Shown here: positions 38,071 to 48,562 of the stretch, piece after piece | Numbering within the stretch: the first letter of the stretch is position 1 | How the letters are laid out: each line of letters starts with the position of its first letter | From: an uncultured Planctomycetia bacterium | GTDB lineage: Bacteria; Omnitrophota; Gorgyraeia; S143-82 | DNA: 64,000 bases | NCBI GenBank assembly: GCA_964469495.1 | Contig: CAYXYY010000011.1 | Coordinates: forward strand, 30,845 to 94,844 | Direction of reading: 5' to 3' | The notes under the pieces: generated by a model | The model's input: the letters and a program-made list of their open reading frames with translations, nothing else | The model's database searches: none | What the model was told of the DNA's origin: nothing | Made by a program: the position numbers and the translations under genes

Positions 38071-38431
38071 TTGACGTTTGTTTTTTGTCTTGGAAAGTAT
38101 TTTCCGTGTTATCTATATCCTGTGGTTTTTGGGTCTGTGGCTCTTGAGCCTGTGGCTCTTGAGACGGGGGATATAGTATCCTTATTTCCGTCCCGCATAC
38201 CTTGATTATAAGTTGTCCGGCTTCTATCTTTTTAATTTTAATCCCTGATACAGTGCTGTTTTCAACGGGGTTTATATTGTCTATAGCCGGCCAGTGTTTT
38301 GTAAGGTCTATTTCAATGGATTTAGTTTGTTTTTGCATAGGCCTGAACGCATCACGGGACATATCAGATGCAGCGGCCGGCATTGCGGCATATGATATGC
38401 AAAGCAAAGATACGGCTAATAATTTTTTCAT
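38051..38431 (-). CDS. Small secreted or lipo- protein with a C-terminal QEPQ low-complexity tail, possibly PilP-like
   Basis: It has a signal peptide (MKKLLAVSLLCISYAAMPAAAS) and repeats QEPQAQEPQTQKPQ. It lies downstream of PilN/PilO-like genes. Confidence 0.35.
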   Translation of the reverse strand: MKKLLAVSLLCISYAAMPAAASDMSRDAFRPMQKQTKSIEIDLTKHWPAIDNINPVENSTVSGIKIKKIEAGQLIIKVCGTEIRILYPPSQEPQAQEPQTQKPQDIDNTENTFQDKKQTSNEKETD

Positions 38432-39036
38432 AGTGTTTCAATCTGTCCCTTTTCTTTTTTATATTTCAATATAACCGTCATATCTATTTCAACGAGATCG
38501 TTTTGGTTTTTCTCTGACCAGACTATTTGCATGCGGTCCAATGTGTATATTGTGCTTTTATTAAGCGCATTAAAGAAGGTTTTAAGTTTTGTATACTCTA
38601 TATATGCCTTAATCCTGACAGGAACTAGCAGAAGTGTTATTTCCCCTGCTTGTTTCTTGTTTTTGATTTGGCCTATTTTCAGGGTCACATTATTTATTTG
38701 CGCATCATTTAAAAGGGTTAATATCTTCTCAAAGACGTGGTTTGGCGCATTTAATTGGGAAATAGATAAAAACCTATTGATTTCTTCTTGTTTTTTTAGA
38801 TACATGGATAATTCTTGTCTGATTTTCGCGCTAAGGATATCGCTTTTTTGTTTAGATGTGTTATAGCTTCTTATAATATCCCTTGCGCGTTTCAGCTTAA
38901 ATATTGCCGGGCCGATATAGATAGCATTGAAGGCCAAAAATACAATGAGAGCCATATTATGCAGACTGCGGCACAATCTTCTTGCGCTGTTTTTGCCGAT
39001 AAAATATATAAGATCATCAAGATAATAATGTATCAT
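38428..39036 (-). CDS. PilO/GspM-like bitopic membrane protein (TM, coiled coil, then C-terminal domain)
   Basis: The architecture and the C-terminal pattern ...VTLKIGQIKNKKQAGEITLLLVPVRIKAYIEYTKLKTFFNALNKS resemble PilO. No recognisable catalytic motif is present. Confidence 0.35.
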   Translation of the reverse strand: MIHYYLDDLIYFIGKNSARRLCRSLHNMALIVFLAFNAIYIGPAIFKLKRARDIIRSYNTSKQKSDILSAKIRQELSMYLKKQEEINRFLSISQLNAPNHVFEKILTLLNDAQINNVTLKIGQIKNKKQAGEITLLLVPVRIKAYIEYTKLKTFFNALNKSTIYTLDRMQIVWSEKNQNDLVEIDMTVILKYKKEKGQIETL

Positions 39037-39626
39037 AGTGTTATACCTATATGTTGTTTTGGTGTAAAAACAATATGATATGAGATTGTATAGCCCTCTT
39101 CTTTACTGTTCATTTCCTTTAAAATAACATCTGAAAAATAAGACATTATACGGCTTTGTTTGATAGAACGCAGAAATTCATTTATCTGTTTTAATGTATT
39201 ATAATCCCCTTTTTCCATTTGTATGTGCAGGTGCATAATATAGGTGTTGTTTTCCTTTGCCCACAATATCTTTTGTATCCATGCATTTTCAGGCAATGCC
39301 TTTGAAAGCTCGGCCCATATCACAGACCATACATTGGAGAATTTGTGTTTGTCAATGATAGCATAATATTTATTAATATATTTTTCTCTTATATTAATCT
39401 GTTGTTCCATATAGCGCAGAAATTCCAGCCTGCTGGTAAAAACCCTGTTTAGAGAAACGAATCTCTGGATCTTCTGAGAAGGAATGTATATATATGTGTA
39501 GGAGAGTGTAGCTATGAGCAGATAGATGGAAAGGAAAGACAGTAAACTAACAAATCGTTTCCATATATCTTTTTTGTATATGGAGAATAAAGCAAAATTT
39601 GTTTTATGAAAGACTGTAAGCTGCAC
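39033..39626 (-). CDS. PilN/GspL-like bitopic membrane protein
   Basis: A short cytoplasmic N-terminus, a single TM (VSLLSFLSIYLLIATLSYTYIYI) and a ~150-aa periplasmic domain are present. It overlaps the downstream PilO-like gene by 4 nt. Confidence 0.3.
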   Translation of the reverse strand: MQLTVFHKTNFALFSIYKKDIWKRFVSLLSFLSIYLLIATLSYTYIYIPSQKIQRFVSLNRVFTSRLEFLRYMEQQINIREKYINKYYAIIDKHKFSNVWSVIWAELSKALPENAWIQKILWAKENNTYIMHLHIQMEKGDYNTLKQINEFLRSIKQSRIMSYFSDVILKEMNSKEEGYTISYHIVFTPKQHIGITL

Positions 39627-39662
39627 CTGTCCTCCTGATTTCCAACGCCCCTTGTTTATCTA

Positions 39663-40388
39663 TTATACCACAAAATTGCAAAGTTTCATTACACCTTCTA
39701 TTTCTATGCAGATTTCATCTCCTTTGTGTAATTGCCCTATTCCCGGAGGAGTTCCTGTGGAAATAATGTCCCCTTTATTTAGAGTCATTATGCGTGATAT
39801 AAAAGAAACCAATTCTTCAATGGAAAAGATCATATCAGAACTTGAACCTTCTTGAACTAATTTGCCGTTTAGATGCGCTTTGACTATTAATTCTCTATTT
39901 CCTGTGTAAGGGGCAATAAACGGGCCTATCGGACAAAACGTATCAAATGATTTTGCCCTTGTCCATTGGCCGTCTTTCTTCTGCAGGTCCCGGGCAGTGA
40001 TGTCGTTTAAACAAGTAATGCCCCAGATAACTTTATGAGCCTCTTTGGGTTCAATATCCTTGCAATGGCGGCCTATTACAACAGCGATCTCGGCTTCGTA
40101 ATCAACTCTATTGCTTTGGTGGGGAAGTTGGATGTTGTCTTTATGTCCGATCAGGCTGCTAATTGGTTTTAAAAATATCACAGGCTCGTTTGGCGCTTCC
40201 ATCTCGAGTTCATTTGCATGGCTTAAGTAATTTAGCCCTGCCAATATGATCTTTGTCGGCTGGCATGGAGGCAGTAGGTTTAGCCGATCTATCGAGCCGT
40301 GTTTATCCCCGTTGTAAGAACAAAACAACCCGTCGTCAGAAACTAGTCCCTCTATAATTGCCTTGTCTTTCAGTATTCGGCAGTGCAT
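39663..40388 (-). CDS. Fumarylacetoacetate hydrolase (FAH) family protein (2-keto-4-pentenoate hydratase / YcgM-like)
   Basis: The segment ...NYLSHANELEMEAPNEPVIFLKP...DYEAEIAVVIG... has the FAH-fold metal-binding pattern. It is about 241 aa. Confidence 0.8.
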   Translation of the reverse strand: MHCRILKDKAIIEGLVSDDGLFCSYNGDKHGSIDRLNLLPPCQPTKIILAGLNYLSHANELEMEAPNEPVIFLKPISSLIGHKDNIQLPHQSNRVDYEAEIAVVIGRHCKDIEPKEAHKVIWGITCLNDITARDLQKKDGQWTRAKSFDTFCPIGPFIAPYTGNRELIVKAHLNGKLVQEGSSSDMIFSIEELVSFISRIMTLNKGDIISTGTPPGIGQLHKGDEICIEIEGVMKLCNFVV

Positions 40389-40397
40389 TGATAATGA

Positions 40398-41045
40398 TTA
40401 AAACTTAAACGACAGACTGATGCCGATGACGTTTGTGTCTTTCCAGTAGTCTGGTTTTTTGTCCCTTTGCCACAGGTAATATGCCTTTGCGTATAGATTG
40501 TCGTTTATTTTGTTTTTAATACCAATATATAGTCTGTTTCTGTTTAGTTTTTCCTCTTCTGTATCTGTAAAGACCTCATCTGCAATAAATGGTTTGAATA
40601 TGCCTATCTGCGGGAGATTTATTGTAAGCTTATCGCGGAATCTGTAAAAGTCGTTGTTATCTTTGTGGCGAAATTCCGCCTGAACTTTATTAGACATATC
40701 AAACCCCTTAAAAAGGAATTTATACGTGGCATTTGCATAATATCTATGTTCGTATTGCCATCCCGATGATTTCTTCTCTGTAATATACCTAAAGTGAAAT
40801 CCGACTTTCCATCTATCGTCTATCTTATGAGAGATCCCGAGGTCAGAATGATGCCTATAATGTTGTTGTGCGTCATCTCCAAAACGCTCTTCATTTGTAA
40901 GTTTCATTGACCAGCTATCGTTGATTTTTCCTGATATGGATTGCGAAATCCAAAACTGGAAATCTCCATCGTCGTAGGCATACAAGACATTGGAAAAGAA
41001 AGCAACGTAGATCAATGATATGAATAATAGAATTGATTTTTTCAT
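40398..41045 (-). CDS. Small outer-membrane beta-barrel protein (DUF2490-like)
   Basis: It has a signal peptide and alternating aromatic residues, and ends ...ISLSFKF with a terminal Phe. Confidence 0.5.
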   Translation of the reverse strand: MKKSILLFISLIYVAFFSNVLYAYDDGDFQFWISQSISGKINDSWSMKLTNEERFGDDAQQHYRHHSDLGISHKIDDRWKVGFHFRYITEKKSSGWQYEHRYYANATYKFLFKGFDMSNKVQAEFRHKDNNDFYRFRDKLTINLPQIGIFKPFIADEVFTDTEEEKLNRNRLYIGIKNKINDNLYAKAYYLWQRDKKPDYWKDTNVIGISLSFKF

Positions 41046-41259
41046 ATTCCCCTCCTTTTTTATAAAGTTGATAAAGCGATTAACACCATATCTTATATTA
41101 TATTAACCTTTTCGTCAAGTCCCATAGAGTTATAAAATACCATATTGTTTGGACCATTTTCACTATGGTAGCAAAGTGATTTTTATCCGATACATATTTT
41201 ATGGTATAATTAAACCTAGATTTGGCATATTTATGTAAATTGTAAAAGGAGAACAAGAT

Positions 41260-41322
41260 ATGGACAATTTGCCAATAGGCGTTCAAGATTTTGCCAAACT
41301 AATAAAGGAGAATAGGTATTGA
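41260..41322 (+). pseudogene. Remnant of an AAA-ATPase (PF09820-like, 'predicted AAA-ATPase' N-terminal) gene. Only the first 20 codons (MDNLPIGVQDFAKLIKENRY) remain before a stop, with more decayed sequence downstream.
   Basis: A strong SD (AAAGGAGAA) precedes an ATG. The peptide matches the conserved N-terminus of the AAA-ATPase/PD-(D/E)XK family (..LPIGIQ.FEKLRE.NY.YVDKT). The surrounding 415-bp region is otherwise non-coding. Confidence 0.45.
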
Positions 41323-41461
41323 GAGAAATGCCAATACGGAGGCAGGGAGATAACGCTTGTGGAAATAATATTTGATGACGATGAGAGGAATGTTTCAAAG
41401 ATGGAGTGGGACAATGTGTAGAAGGCCTGATTTTTGAAATTATTGATATGCTGAAAAGATT

Positions 41462-42970
41462 TTGTCTGATGTCAATGAAAATTATACTACATACCAAAAA
41501 GGGAATATGAAAAGGGGATTGCGAACCTTATTGGCGATTGGGGTATTTTCTTTTATTTTCTTAACAATTGGTTTTTGCGCCGATACAACGACGTCTGGTA
41601 AAACGAAGTTTCTTGAAACGAAGTCTGTTGATAAACTAAAAGTTTTGGTTATCCCCATAGACAATAAGATTATTACGCCCGCCTTTGCTAATTTCTTTTC
41701 TGTCCAGATGCAATCTGCTGTTGGATACGACGCCATTGTGATTCTGATAGATACACCCGGTGGTTTCTTAACAGCGTGCGAGGATATGGTAAAGAAGATA
41801 TTGGATTGCCCTATTCCGGTTATCGCGTATATTTATCCGAAAGGTGCAAAGGCAGGTTCAGCAGGTGTTTTCATATCACTTGCGTGTGATTTTATTGCTA
41901 TGTCGCCAAATACGCGCATAGGTGCGGCGCACCCCATTTTGGCTGGTGTTGAAGATGATTCTGATTTTGCTTTCGCTCAGGAGCACAATGATCTTGAAAA
42001 TGCCCTGAACGAAACCGACGTGAAAAAGATATCATCCGAGCCAATTGTTTTGCCTGAATTGCCAGAAGGCCTTTCTATTATAGAAGATAGCGACAAAATA
42101 TTATCAGATAAAATCTTAAACGATACATTGGCTTTTTTCCGTTCTTATGTAAAAGAAAAACGAAAAGACATAGACATAAAAGCGGCAGAGGATTTGGTCA
42201 TAAAGAGCATGTCTCTTATAGAAGAAGAGGCTCTTCAAAAACACATCGTAGATGCAATATCCCCTGATTTGCAGGATGTTTTAGATAAAGCCGCTGTAAG
42301 CGGTGTGATACCAAAATTTAAAGATTATCAACTGACGCGCAAAAAGATGGGGCAGCTTCAGACGTTTATGTATTATATAACAAATCCTTATCTGTTATAC
42401 GTCTTGTCTTCTTTATCGGTTATTTTATTGATTTTTGAATTTACGCATCCGGGATTTGGCGTGCCAGGGATAATCGGCCTATTGGGATTAGGCGTGTGTA
42501 TGTATGGATATGGTATGCTGCCTGTTAATTATTTGGGATTATTTTTGATGATACTCGGAATCATATTTTTTATTTTAGAGGCCTTTACTCCCGGGGTTGG
42601 TATATTGGCTGCTGGTGGAGGTGTTGCCTTTTTGTGGGGATCGTTGATACTGTGGAATACGCCGGGTTCAATGTATCATCTCCCCAAGGATTTAGTTGTA
42701 TCTATAGCTGTATTTTTGGGTATTTCCATAGCAGGGATTATCTATCTTGCTATGCGGATTAAGTATAAGAGGTCAGCTGTTGGCGCGGATGCAATGATAG
42801 GTAAAGTTGCAGAGGTAATAGAAGACGTTTCTACTGACGCGGGAAGGGTTTTTATTATGGGCGAGTACTGGAATGCCGTTGGCAATGAAGGTGTAATCCC
42901 CAAAGGGAGTAAGGTTTTGGTAGATGATGTAAGAGGGTTGGTTCTGGTCGTTAAAAAAAGGGGGGAGTGA
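41462..42970 (+). CDS. nfeD: NfeD-like membrane-bound ClpP-class serine protease (stomatin operon partner). The true start is probably the ATG at 41507 (MKRGLRTLL).
   Basis: It has an N-terminal signal/TM, a ClpP/crotonase-like protease domain, a multi-TM middle region and a C-terminal OB-fold. It is followed, with a 4-nt overlap, by an SPFH protein. Confidence 0.8.
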   Translation: MSDVNENYTTYQKGNMKRGLRTLLAIGVFSFIFLTIGFCADTTTSGKTKFLETKSVDKLKVLVIPIDNKIITPAFANFFSVQMQSAVGYDAIVILIDTPGGFLTACEDMVKKILDCPIPVIAYIYPKGAKAGSAGVFISLACDFIAMSPNTRIGAAHPILAGVEDDSDFAFAQEHNDLENALNETDVKKISSEPIVLPELPEGLSIIEDSDKILSDKILNDTLAFFRSYVKEKRKDIDIKAAEDLVIKSMSLIEEEALQKHIVDAISPDLQDVLDKAAVSGVIPKFKDYQLTRKKMGQLQTFMYYITNPYLLYVLSSLSVILLIFEFTHPGFGVPGIIGLLGLGVCMYGYGMLPVNYLGLFLMILGIIFFILEAFTPGVGILAAGGGVAFLWGSLILWNTPGSMYHLPKDLVVSIAVFLGISIAGIIYLAMRIKYKRSAVGADAMIGKVAEVIEDVSTDAGRVFIMGEYWNAVGNEGVIPKGSKVLVDDVRGLVLVVKKRGE

Positions 42971-43716
42971 TGGGTTTTTTCTTTTTCTTGTTTATCGTAT
43001 TTATGATTTATTTGTTTTCGTGTATTCGCATTTTGAAGGAATATGAAAGGGCTGTTGTCTTTACCTTGGGACGTATATTGACTGGGCCCAGAGGGCCGGG
43101 CATTATTTTTATATTTCGTCCTTTAGAGGATATGCAGGTAGTTAGTTTGCGCCTTGTCCCGCTTGATGTGCCTCCGCAGGATGTTATCACAAAGGACAAT
43201 GTATCTGTGAAGGTAAATGCAGTGCTCTATTATCGTGTGATGGATCCAATAAAGGCCGTTACAGAGGTGGAAAATTACAATTATGCCACTTCTCAGATAT
43301 CTCAGACAACACTTAGAAGTGTTATAGGCCAGGTTGAACTGGATGAATTGTTGTCTGACAGGGAAAAGATAAATACCCATCTTCAGGAAATTATCGACAA
43401 GCAAACCGATCCGTGGGGTATAAAGGTTTCAACCGTTGAAATTAAACACGTTGATTTACCGCAGGAGATGCAGAGGGCAATGGCAAGGCAGGCGGAGGCG
43501 GAAAGGGAACGACGCGGGAAGATTATCGCGGCGGAAGGCGAGTTTCAGGCTGCGGAAAAGCTCAAGGCCGCATCTGAGATGTTGGCAGACCAGCCGGTTG
43601 CTATGCAGATGAAATATCTGCAGACGTTGGTGGATATATCCACGGAAAATAGTACGACTGTTGTCTTCCCTTTGCCGATAGAGTTGTTTAAGTCTTTTCT
43701 TGGGAAACAAGAATAG
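42967..43716 (+). CDS. SPFH/Band-7 (stomatin/prohibitin-like, slipin) protein
   Basis: It has an N-terminal TM, the SPFH domain (...[30 protein letters not shown]...) and a C-terminal coiled coil ([15 protein letters not shown]). Confidence 0.85.
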   Translation: MMGFFFFLFIVFMIYLFSCIRILKEYERAVVFTLGRILTGPRGPGIIFIFRPLEDMQVVSLRLVPLDVPPQDVITKDNVSVKVNAVLYYRVMDPIKAVTEVENYNYATSQISQTTLRSVIGQVELDELLSDREKINTHLQEIIDKQTDPWGIKVSTVEIKHVDLPQEMQRAMARQAEAERERRGKIIAAEGEFQAAEKLKAASEMLADQPVAMQMKYLQTLVDISTENSTTVVFPLPIELFKSFLGKQE

Positions 43717-43752
43717 TGTTTTTGGATATAAAAAAGGGTATATTCTTATTGT

Positions 43753-43794
43753 AAAAGGGCAGATCTCGACTGCAAAAGGGCAGATCTCGACTGC
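43753..43794 (+). repeat. Exact tandem duplication of a 21-bp unit (AAAAGGGCAGATCTCGACTGC x2). The second copy completes a terminator hairpin.
   Basis: Read directly: copy 1 is at 43753-43773 and copy 2 at 43774-43794. Confidence 0.7.
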
Positions 43795-43801
43795 CCTTTT
43801 T
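43778..43801 (+). terminator. Rho-independent terminator after the stomatin gene: GGGCAG-atctcga-CTGCCC followed by TTTTT
   Basis: The hairpin plus U-tract was read directly. Confidence 0.7.
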
Positions 43802-43877
43802 ATTCTATTCGATCTTATGGTATAATACTAATCTCAGATATGGTTGTATAGTCATTTGCCATTTTAAAGGAGTTTGT

Positions 43878-46800
43878 ATGTATCATAGCGATTTTGTGCA
43901 TCTTCATCTTCACTCTGAATACAGTTTATTAGACGGGGCGTGTCATTTAGATAGAGTTATTTCCAAGGCAGTGGAATACAAAATGCCTGCTATGGCCATA
44001 ACCGATCATGGCAATATGTTTGCTGCAATCGATTTTTACCAGAAGGCGATGAAGGCGGGTGTTAAGCCTATAATTGGAGCGGAATTATATGTTGCGCCGG
44101 GATCCAGATTTGATAAAAAGAAAGAAAACGGCAAACCCCCGGCCTTTCATATCGTGCTTTTATGCAGGAATACAGCGGGTTACAAGAACCTGCTCAAACT
44201 TACGACAGCCGGTTTTTTTGACGGATTTTATTATTACCCAAGAATCGATAAAGAGCTGTTGGCCAGACATAGTGATGGTTTAATTGCCCTTTCTGCATGT
44301 CTAAAAGGAGAAGTGGCCTATTATCTTTTAAGAGATAAAGACGATTTTGCTGAAAAGGCCCTGCAGGAATATATAGACATCTTTGGCGCGGATAATTTTT
44401 ATATAGAGATTCAGGAAAATGGCCTTTCAGAGCAGGATTACGTGAATAAGAAACTCGTTAATCTTGCAAAAAAATACGATTTAAAACCCGTTGCAACGAA
44501 TGATGTTCACTATATAGAACGCAAAGATGCCCGCGCGCATGAGGTGCTGTTGTGTATCCAGACGCAGACGACGATGCGGGACGAGAATAGAATGCGAATG
44601 TCCAGTGATATGTTCTATTTTGCCTCGGCAGACGAAATGAAGAGGCGTTTCAAGTCCTTGCCGGAGGCAGTGCAAAATACGCTTGAGGTTGCTCAAAGAT
44701 GCAATCTTGAACTAGAATTTGGAAAAAATCATTTGCCAGTGTTTACTCCTCCTAATGGCGTAAATAGCAAGGATTATCTGCTTAGTATGTGTAATGATGC
44801 CCTTCCGAAAAGATATAGCGGGGATATGTTGAAAACAGCCAAAGATCGCTTGGACTATGAAGTCAGTGTAATTGAGAGGATGGGATATATAAATTATTTC
44901 CTTATAGTGTGGGATTTTATTAGATATGCCAAGGAAAACGGTATCCCTTCCGGCCCGGGAAGGGGATCAGCGGCAGGCAGTATTGTGAGCTATCTGTTAG
45001 GGATTACCTCTATTGACCCGTTAAAGTACAATTTGCTTTTTGAACGGTTTCTTAATCCCGACAGGGTTTCTATGCCGGATATTGACATCGATTTTTGTTA
45101 TGAAAACAGGCAAAGGGTTATTGATTATGTCGTTGAGAAATACGGCAGGGATAATGTTGCGCAGATTATTACCTTTGGAACGATGAAGGCAAGGGCCGTT
45201 GTGCGCGATGTTGCAAGGGCGCTGGGTTTGCCGTATGCCTTGGCTGACAAAATCGCAAAAAAAATACCTCCGGGCGCTTCTTTGAAAGAGGCATTGAATA
45301 TGGATTCCGAACTGAATGCTATGTATGAATCTGATAGCCAGGTAAAGGACCTTTTGGATGTGGCCCAAGTATTGGAAGGGTTGACGCGCCACGCATCTAC
45401 ACATGCCGCGGGCGTTGTCATATCAGATAAACCTTTGATAGAATACACGCCTTTGTTTAAGTCTGACAATCAGGTTTCAACTGCGTATTCTATGAAACCG
45501 GTTGAAAAGATAGGCCTGTTGAAAATGGACTTTTTGGGATTAAAGACACTTACGGTAATACAACACACTATTGATATGATAAAACAGGCAACAGGCGAAG
45601 AAATAGATATGGATTCCATTCCATTAGACGACGAGGCGGCGTTTAAGCTGTTGGGCGAGGCAAAGACAAAAGGCGTTTTTCAGTTGGAGTCTTCCGGGAT
45701 GCGCGATTTGTTGGTAAGAATGCAGCCGGATAAATTTGAGGATATCATTGCCTTGCTTGCATTGTATCGTCCCGGTCCTATTGGCAGCGGCATGTTAGAC
45801 GATTTTATCGAACGGAGGAAAGGGGCTAAAGAAGTGGAATATATGCTGCCTGAATTAGAGCCGATTTTAAAAGAAACTTATGGCGTTATTTTATATCAAG
45901 AGCAGGTGATGCAGATTGCAAGTGTTATGGCGGGTTTCTCATTGGCGCAAGCGGATTTGCTCAGGCGGGCAATGGGTAAGAAAATACCCGAGGAGATGGA
46001 GAAACAACGCGAGGCATTTATCAATGGCGCGGCGAAAAAAAATATAGATAAAAAACTTGCCAAAAAGATGTTTGAGCTAATAGAATACTTTTCCGGATAC
46101 GGGTTTAATAAATCCCATTCAGCTGCATATGCCGTTGTTTCGTATCGCACAGCTTATCTAAAGGCGAATTACACTAAAGAATTTATGGCAGCGCTTTTAA
46201 CTAGTGAACACGGTAATACAGATAAAATGGTAGATTATATAAAGGATATTGAATCAATGGGCATAAAGATACTTGCTCCGGACGTTAATAAGAGCTTATA
46301 TCCATTTACAGTGGAAGAGGGTGCCGTGCGTTTTGGATTATGCGCGATAAAGAATGTCGGAGAAGGCCCGGCATCGGCGATAGTGTTGGAAAGAGAAAAG
46401 AACGGGCCGTTTAAGGATATGATGGATTTCTGCGTGCGCTTAAGCGGGAAAGTTAATAAGAAAGTGTTGGAGTACTTGATAAAATCATCTGCATTTGACG
46501 GCTTTGGCCTAAGCAGGAGAGAGATGTTTGAGCGAATAGATGATTATATACAGATAGCCGCTAAAAAGAGGCATGAGATAGATTCCGGACAGCTATCCCT
46601 TTTTGCATCCGGAGGCGCGTCTGCGCAAACGCAAGCGGATAATAACGGTAAGGTGCAGGAATGGGAGGAACATATCATATTGTTGTATGAAAAAGAGTCG
46701 TTGGGCATGTATCTGTCAGGACATCCTTTGTCTAAATATGCAGATGTCTTATTTCATTTAAATACAGCAAAGATAGAAGATGCTCTGCAATTGCCGTCGG

Positions 46801-47306
46801 AAACAAATATCTTGATTGCCGGGGTTATAGGCAGGATATCTTCCAAGATATCAAAACGCTCAAAGGAAAAAATGGCATTCTTTATGTTAGAGGATTTAAG
46901 CGCAGATATAGAGTGTTTAACGTTTCCATCGGTGTATAAGGATGTTGGCCGTCATATTTCAGAAAATAATGTTGTTATAGTAAAGGGGCGCATAGATGCC
47001 GGAGAAAACGGCGGTAAAGTGATAGTATCCAAGATATGGGATATTTCTTCCGTTGAAAATCTTATAGACGAGGTCAAAATAGATATTACATTATTGGATA
47101 AGCCTGCTGTGCGTTTGTTAAGAGATACATTGAATGGGCATAGAGGAGATGTGCCAGTGTTGTTTTATGTAAAAGGCAGGCACGAATACGTTGAATTTCA
47201 TCCCGAAAGAGATCTGTTTGTGAAACCTGATTTTAGTTTTCTGCAGGATATAGAGGATGTTATTGGAAATGAAAAAGTGATTTTAAAGATAGGCGGTATA
47301 CAATGA
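43878..47306 (+). CDS. dnaE: DNA polymerase III alpha subunit
   Basis: The PHP-domain N-terminus FVHLHLHSEYSLLDGA, the polymerase core, the OB-fold C-terminus and a length of 1142 aa identify it. Confidence 0.97.
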   Translation: MYHSDFVHLHLHSEYSLLDGACHLDRVISKAVEYKMPAMAITDHGNMFAAIDFYQKAMKAGVKPIIGAELYVAPGSRFDKKKENGKPPAFHIVLLCRNTAGYKNLLKLTTAGFFDGFYYYPRIDKELLARHSDGLIALSACLKGEVAYYLLRDKDDFAEKALQEYIDIFGADNFYIEIQENGLSEQDYVNKKLVNLAKKYDLKPVATNDVHYIERKDARAHEVLLCIQTQTTMRDENRMRMSSDMFYFASADEMKRRFKSLPEAVQNTLEVAQRCNLELEFGKNHLPVFTPPNGVNSKDYLLSMCNDALPKRYSGDMLKTAKDRLDYEVSVIERMGYINYFLIVWDFIRYAKENGIPSGPGRGSAAGSIVSYLLGITSIDPLKYNLLFERFLNPDRVSMPDIDIDFCYENRQRVIDYVVEKYGRDNVAQIITFGTMKARAVVRDVARALGLPYALADKIAKKIPPGASLKEALNMDSELNAMYESDSQVKDLLDVAQVLEGLTRHASTHAAGVVISDKPLIEYTPLFKSDNQVSTAYSMKPVEKIGLLKMDFLGLKTLTVIQHTIDMIKQATGEEIDMDSIPLDDEAAFKLLGEAKTKGVFQLESSGMRDLLVRMQPDKFEDIIALLALYRPGPIGSGMLDDFIERRKGAKEVEYMLPELEPILKETYGVILYQEQVMQIASVMAGFSLAQADLLRRAMGKKIPEEMEKQREAFINGAAKKNIDKKLAKKMFELIEYFSGYGFNKSHSAAYAVVSYRTAYLKANYTKEFMAALLTSEHGNTDKMVDYIKDIESMGIKILAPDVNKSLYPFTVEEGAVRFGLCAIKNVGEGPASAIVLEREKNGPFKDMMDFCVRLSGKVNKKVLEYLIKSSAFDGFGLSRREMFERIDDYIQIAAKKRHEIDSGQLSLFASGGASAQTQADNNGKVQEWEEHIILLYEKESLGMYLSGHPLSKYADVLFHLNTAKIEDALQLPSETNILIAGVIGRISSKISKRSKEKMAFFMLEDLSADIECLTFPSVYKDVGRHISENNVVIVKGRIDAGENGGKVIVSKIWDISSVENLIDEVKIDITLLDKPAVRLLRDTLNGHRGDVPVLFYVKGRHEYVEFHPERDLFVKPDFSFLQDIEDVIGNEKVILKIGGIQ

Positions 47307-48562
47307 AAAAGTTTATTATAAACGGCCCCGCAGAACTTTCCGGGACTATTACTATAAGCGGATCAAAGAATGCGGCCCTGCCGATATTGGCTGCCTGTTT
47401 GCTTACGGAAGAGGAGGTTGTCCTGCGTAATGTGCCCAAGTTAAAGGATATAGAAACGATGGTCAAGCTGCTACGGTGTCTTGGGGCGCAGGTGATTGAG
47501 GAGTATCCGATAATTAGAGTGCCGGCAGGCAGGAAGAAAAAATACACGGCCCCGTATAATATAGTCAAGACGATGCGCGGGTCTTTTTGTGTATTAGGCC
47601 CTTTGCTTGCGCGTTTGAAAAAGGCAAAGGTATCTTTGCCCGGAGGCTGCGTTATAGGCGTGCGTCCGGTTGATTTGCACATAAAGGGCATAAGCGCCTT
47701 GGGCGCGGATATAAAACTGGAGAATGGTTATGTATACGCCAAGGCAAAGGATCTGCGAGGAACGGACGTGTATCTGGGCGGGATGTTTGGTTCTTCTGTA
47801 TTGGCTACGGCCAATGTAATGATGTGCGCTGTGCTTGCAAAAGGCAGGACTATTATTGAGAACGCGGCTTGCGAACCGGAGATAGTTGATCTGTCCAATA
47901 TGTTGACGTCTATGGGGGCAAAGATATCGGGCGCAGGTTCTCCATGGATAGAGATAGAAGGCGTTGAAAGATTAGGGGGTGTGGATTACACGATTATCCC
48001 GGATAGGATAGAGGCCGGAACCTATATAATGGCCGGCGCGATAACCAAGTCTCAAATAAGGCTAAAAGGGATTGAGCTTCAACACCTTGGCGCGGTTTTG
48101 GATGTGTTAAAGCGTTGCGGAATTGAAGTGAAAGGTAGGAAAAACGGCCAGGTAAATGTCTCTGAAAACATAAAGGCGCAGAACATAGCTACGTTGCCTT
48201 ATCCCGGATTTCCAACGGATTTGCAGGCGCAGTTTGTTGCGCTTATGTCTGTTGCAGACGGAACGAGCGTTATAACGGAACGCATATATCCGGATAGGTT
48301 TATGCACGTCCCCGAGTTAAATAGAATGGGCGCGAACATAAAGAGGGAAGGGCCATACTGTGTTGTTCAAGGTGTAAGAGAATTAATCGGCGCTCCTGTT
48401 ATGGCATCGGATCTCAGGGCATCGGCTGCGTTGGTTATCGCGGGCTTGGCTGCAAAAGGCAGGACAGAGGTTCATAGGATTTATCACCTTGAGCGCGGAT
48501 ATGAAAATATGATAGAAAAATTACAAAAGGTTGGAGCGGACATAAAGGAGGCGTTTGACTGA
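47303..48562 (+). CDS. murA: UDP-N-acetylglucosamine 1-carboxyvinyltransferase
   Basis: The protein begins MKKFIINGPAELSGTITISGSKNAALPILAACLL..., is 419 aa, and has the EPSP-synthase fold signature. Confidence 0.95.
   Translation: MKKFIINGPAELSGTITISGSKNAALPILAACLLTEEEVVLRNVPKLKDIETMVKLLRCLGAQVIEEYPIIRVPAGRKKKYTAPYNIVKTMRGSFCVLGPLLARLKKAKVSLPGGCVIGVRPVDLHIKGISALGADIKLENGYVYAKAKDLRGTDVYLGGMFGSSVLATANVMMCAVLAKGRTIIENAACEPEIVDLSNMLTSMGAKISGAGSPWIEIEGVERLGGVDYTIIPDRIEAGTYIMAGAITKSQIRLKGIELQHLGAVLDVLKRCGIEVKGRKNGQVNVSENIKAQNIATLPYPGFPTDLQAQFVALMSVADGTSVITERIYPDRFMHVPELNRMGANIKREGPYCVVQGVRELIGAPVMASDLRASAALVIAGLAAKGRTEVHRIYHLERGYENMIEKLQKVGADIKEAFD

Noticed and set aside
43753-43794. Short, exactly repeated 21-bp units that could look like a tiny CRISPR array
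   Set aside because: There are only two copies and they are directly adjacent with no spacers. The second copy forms a terminator hairpin. No cas genes are present and no other repeat-spacer structure was seen in the window.
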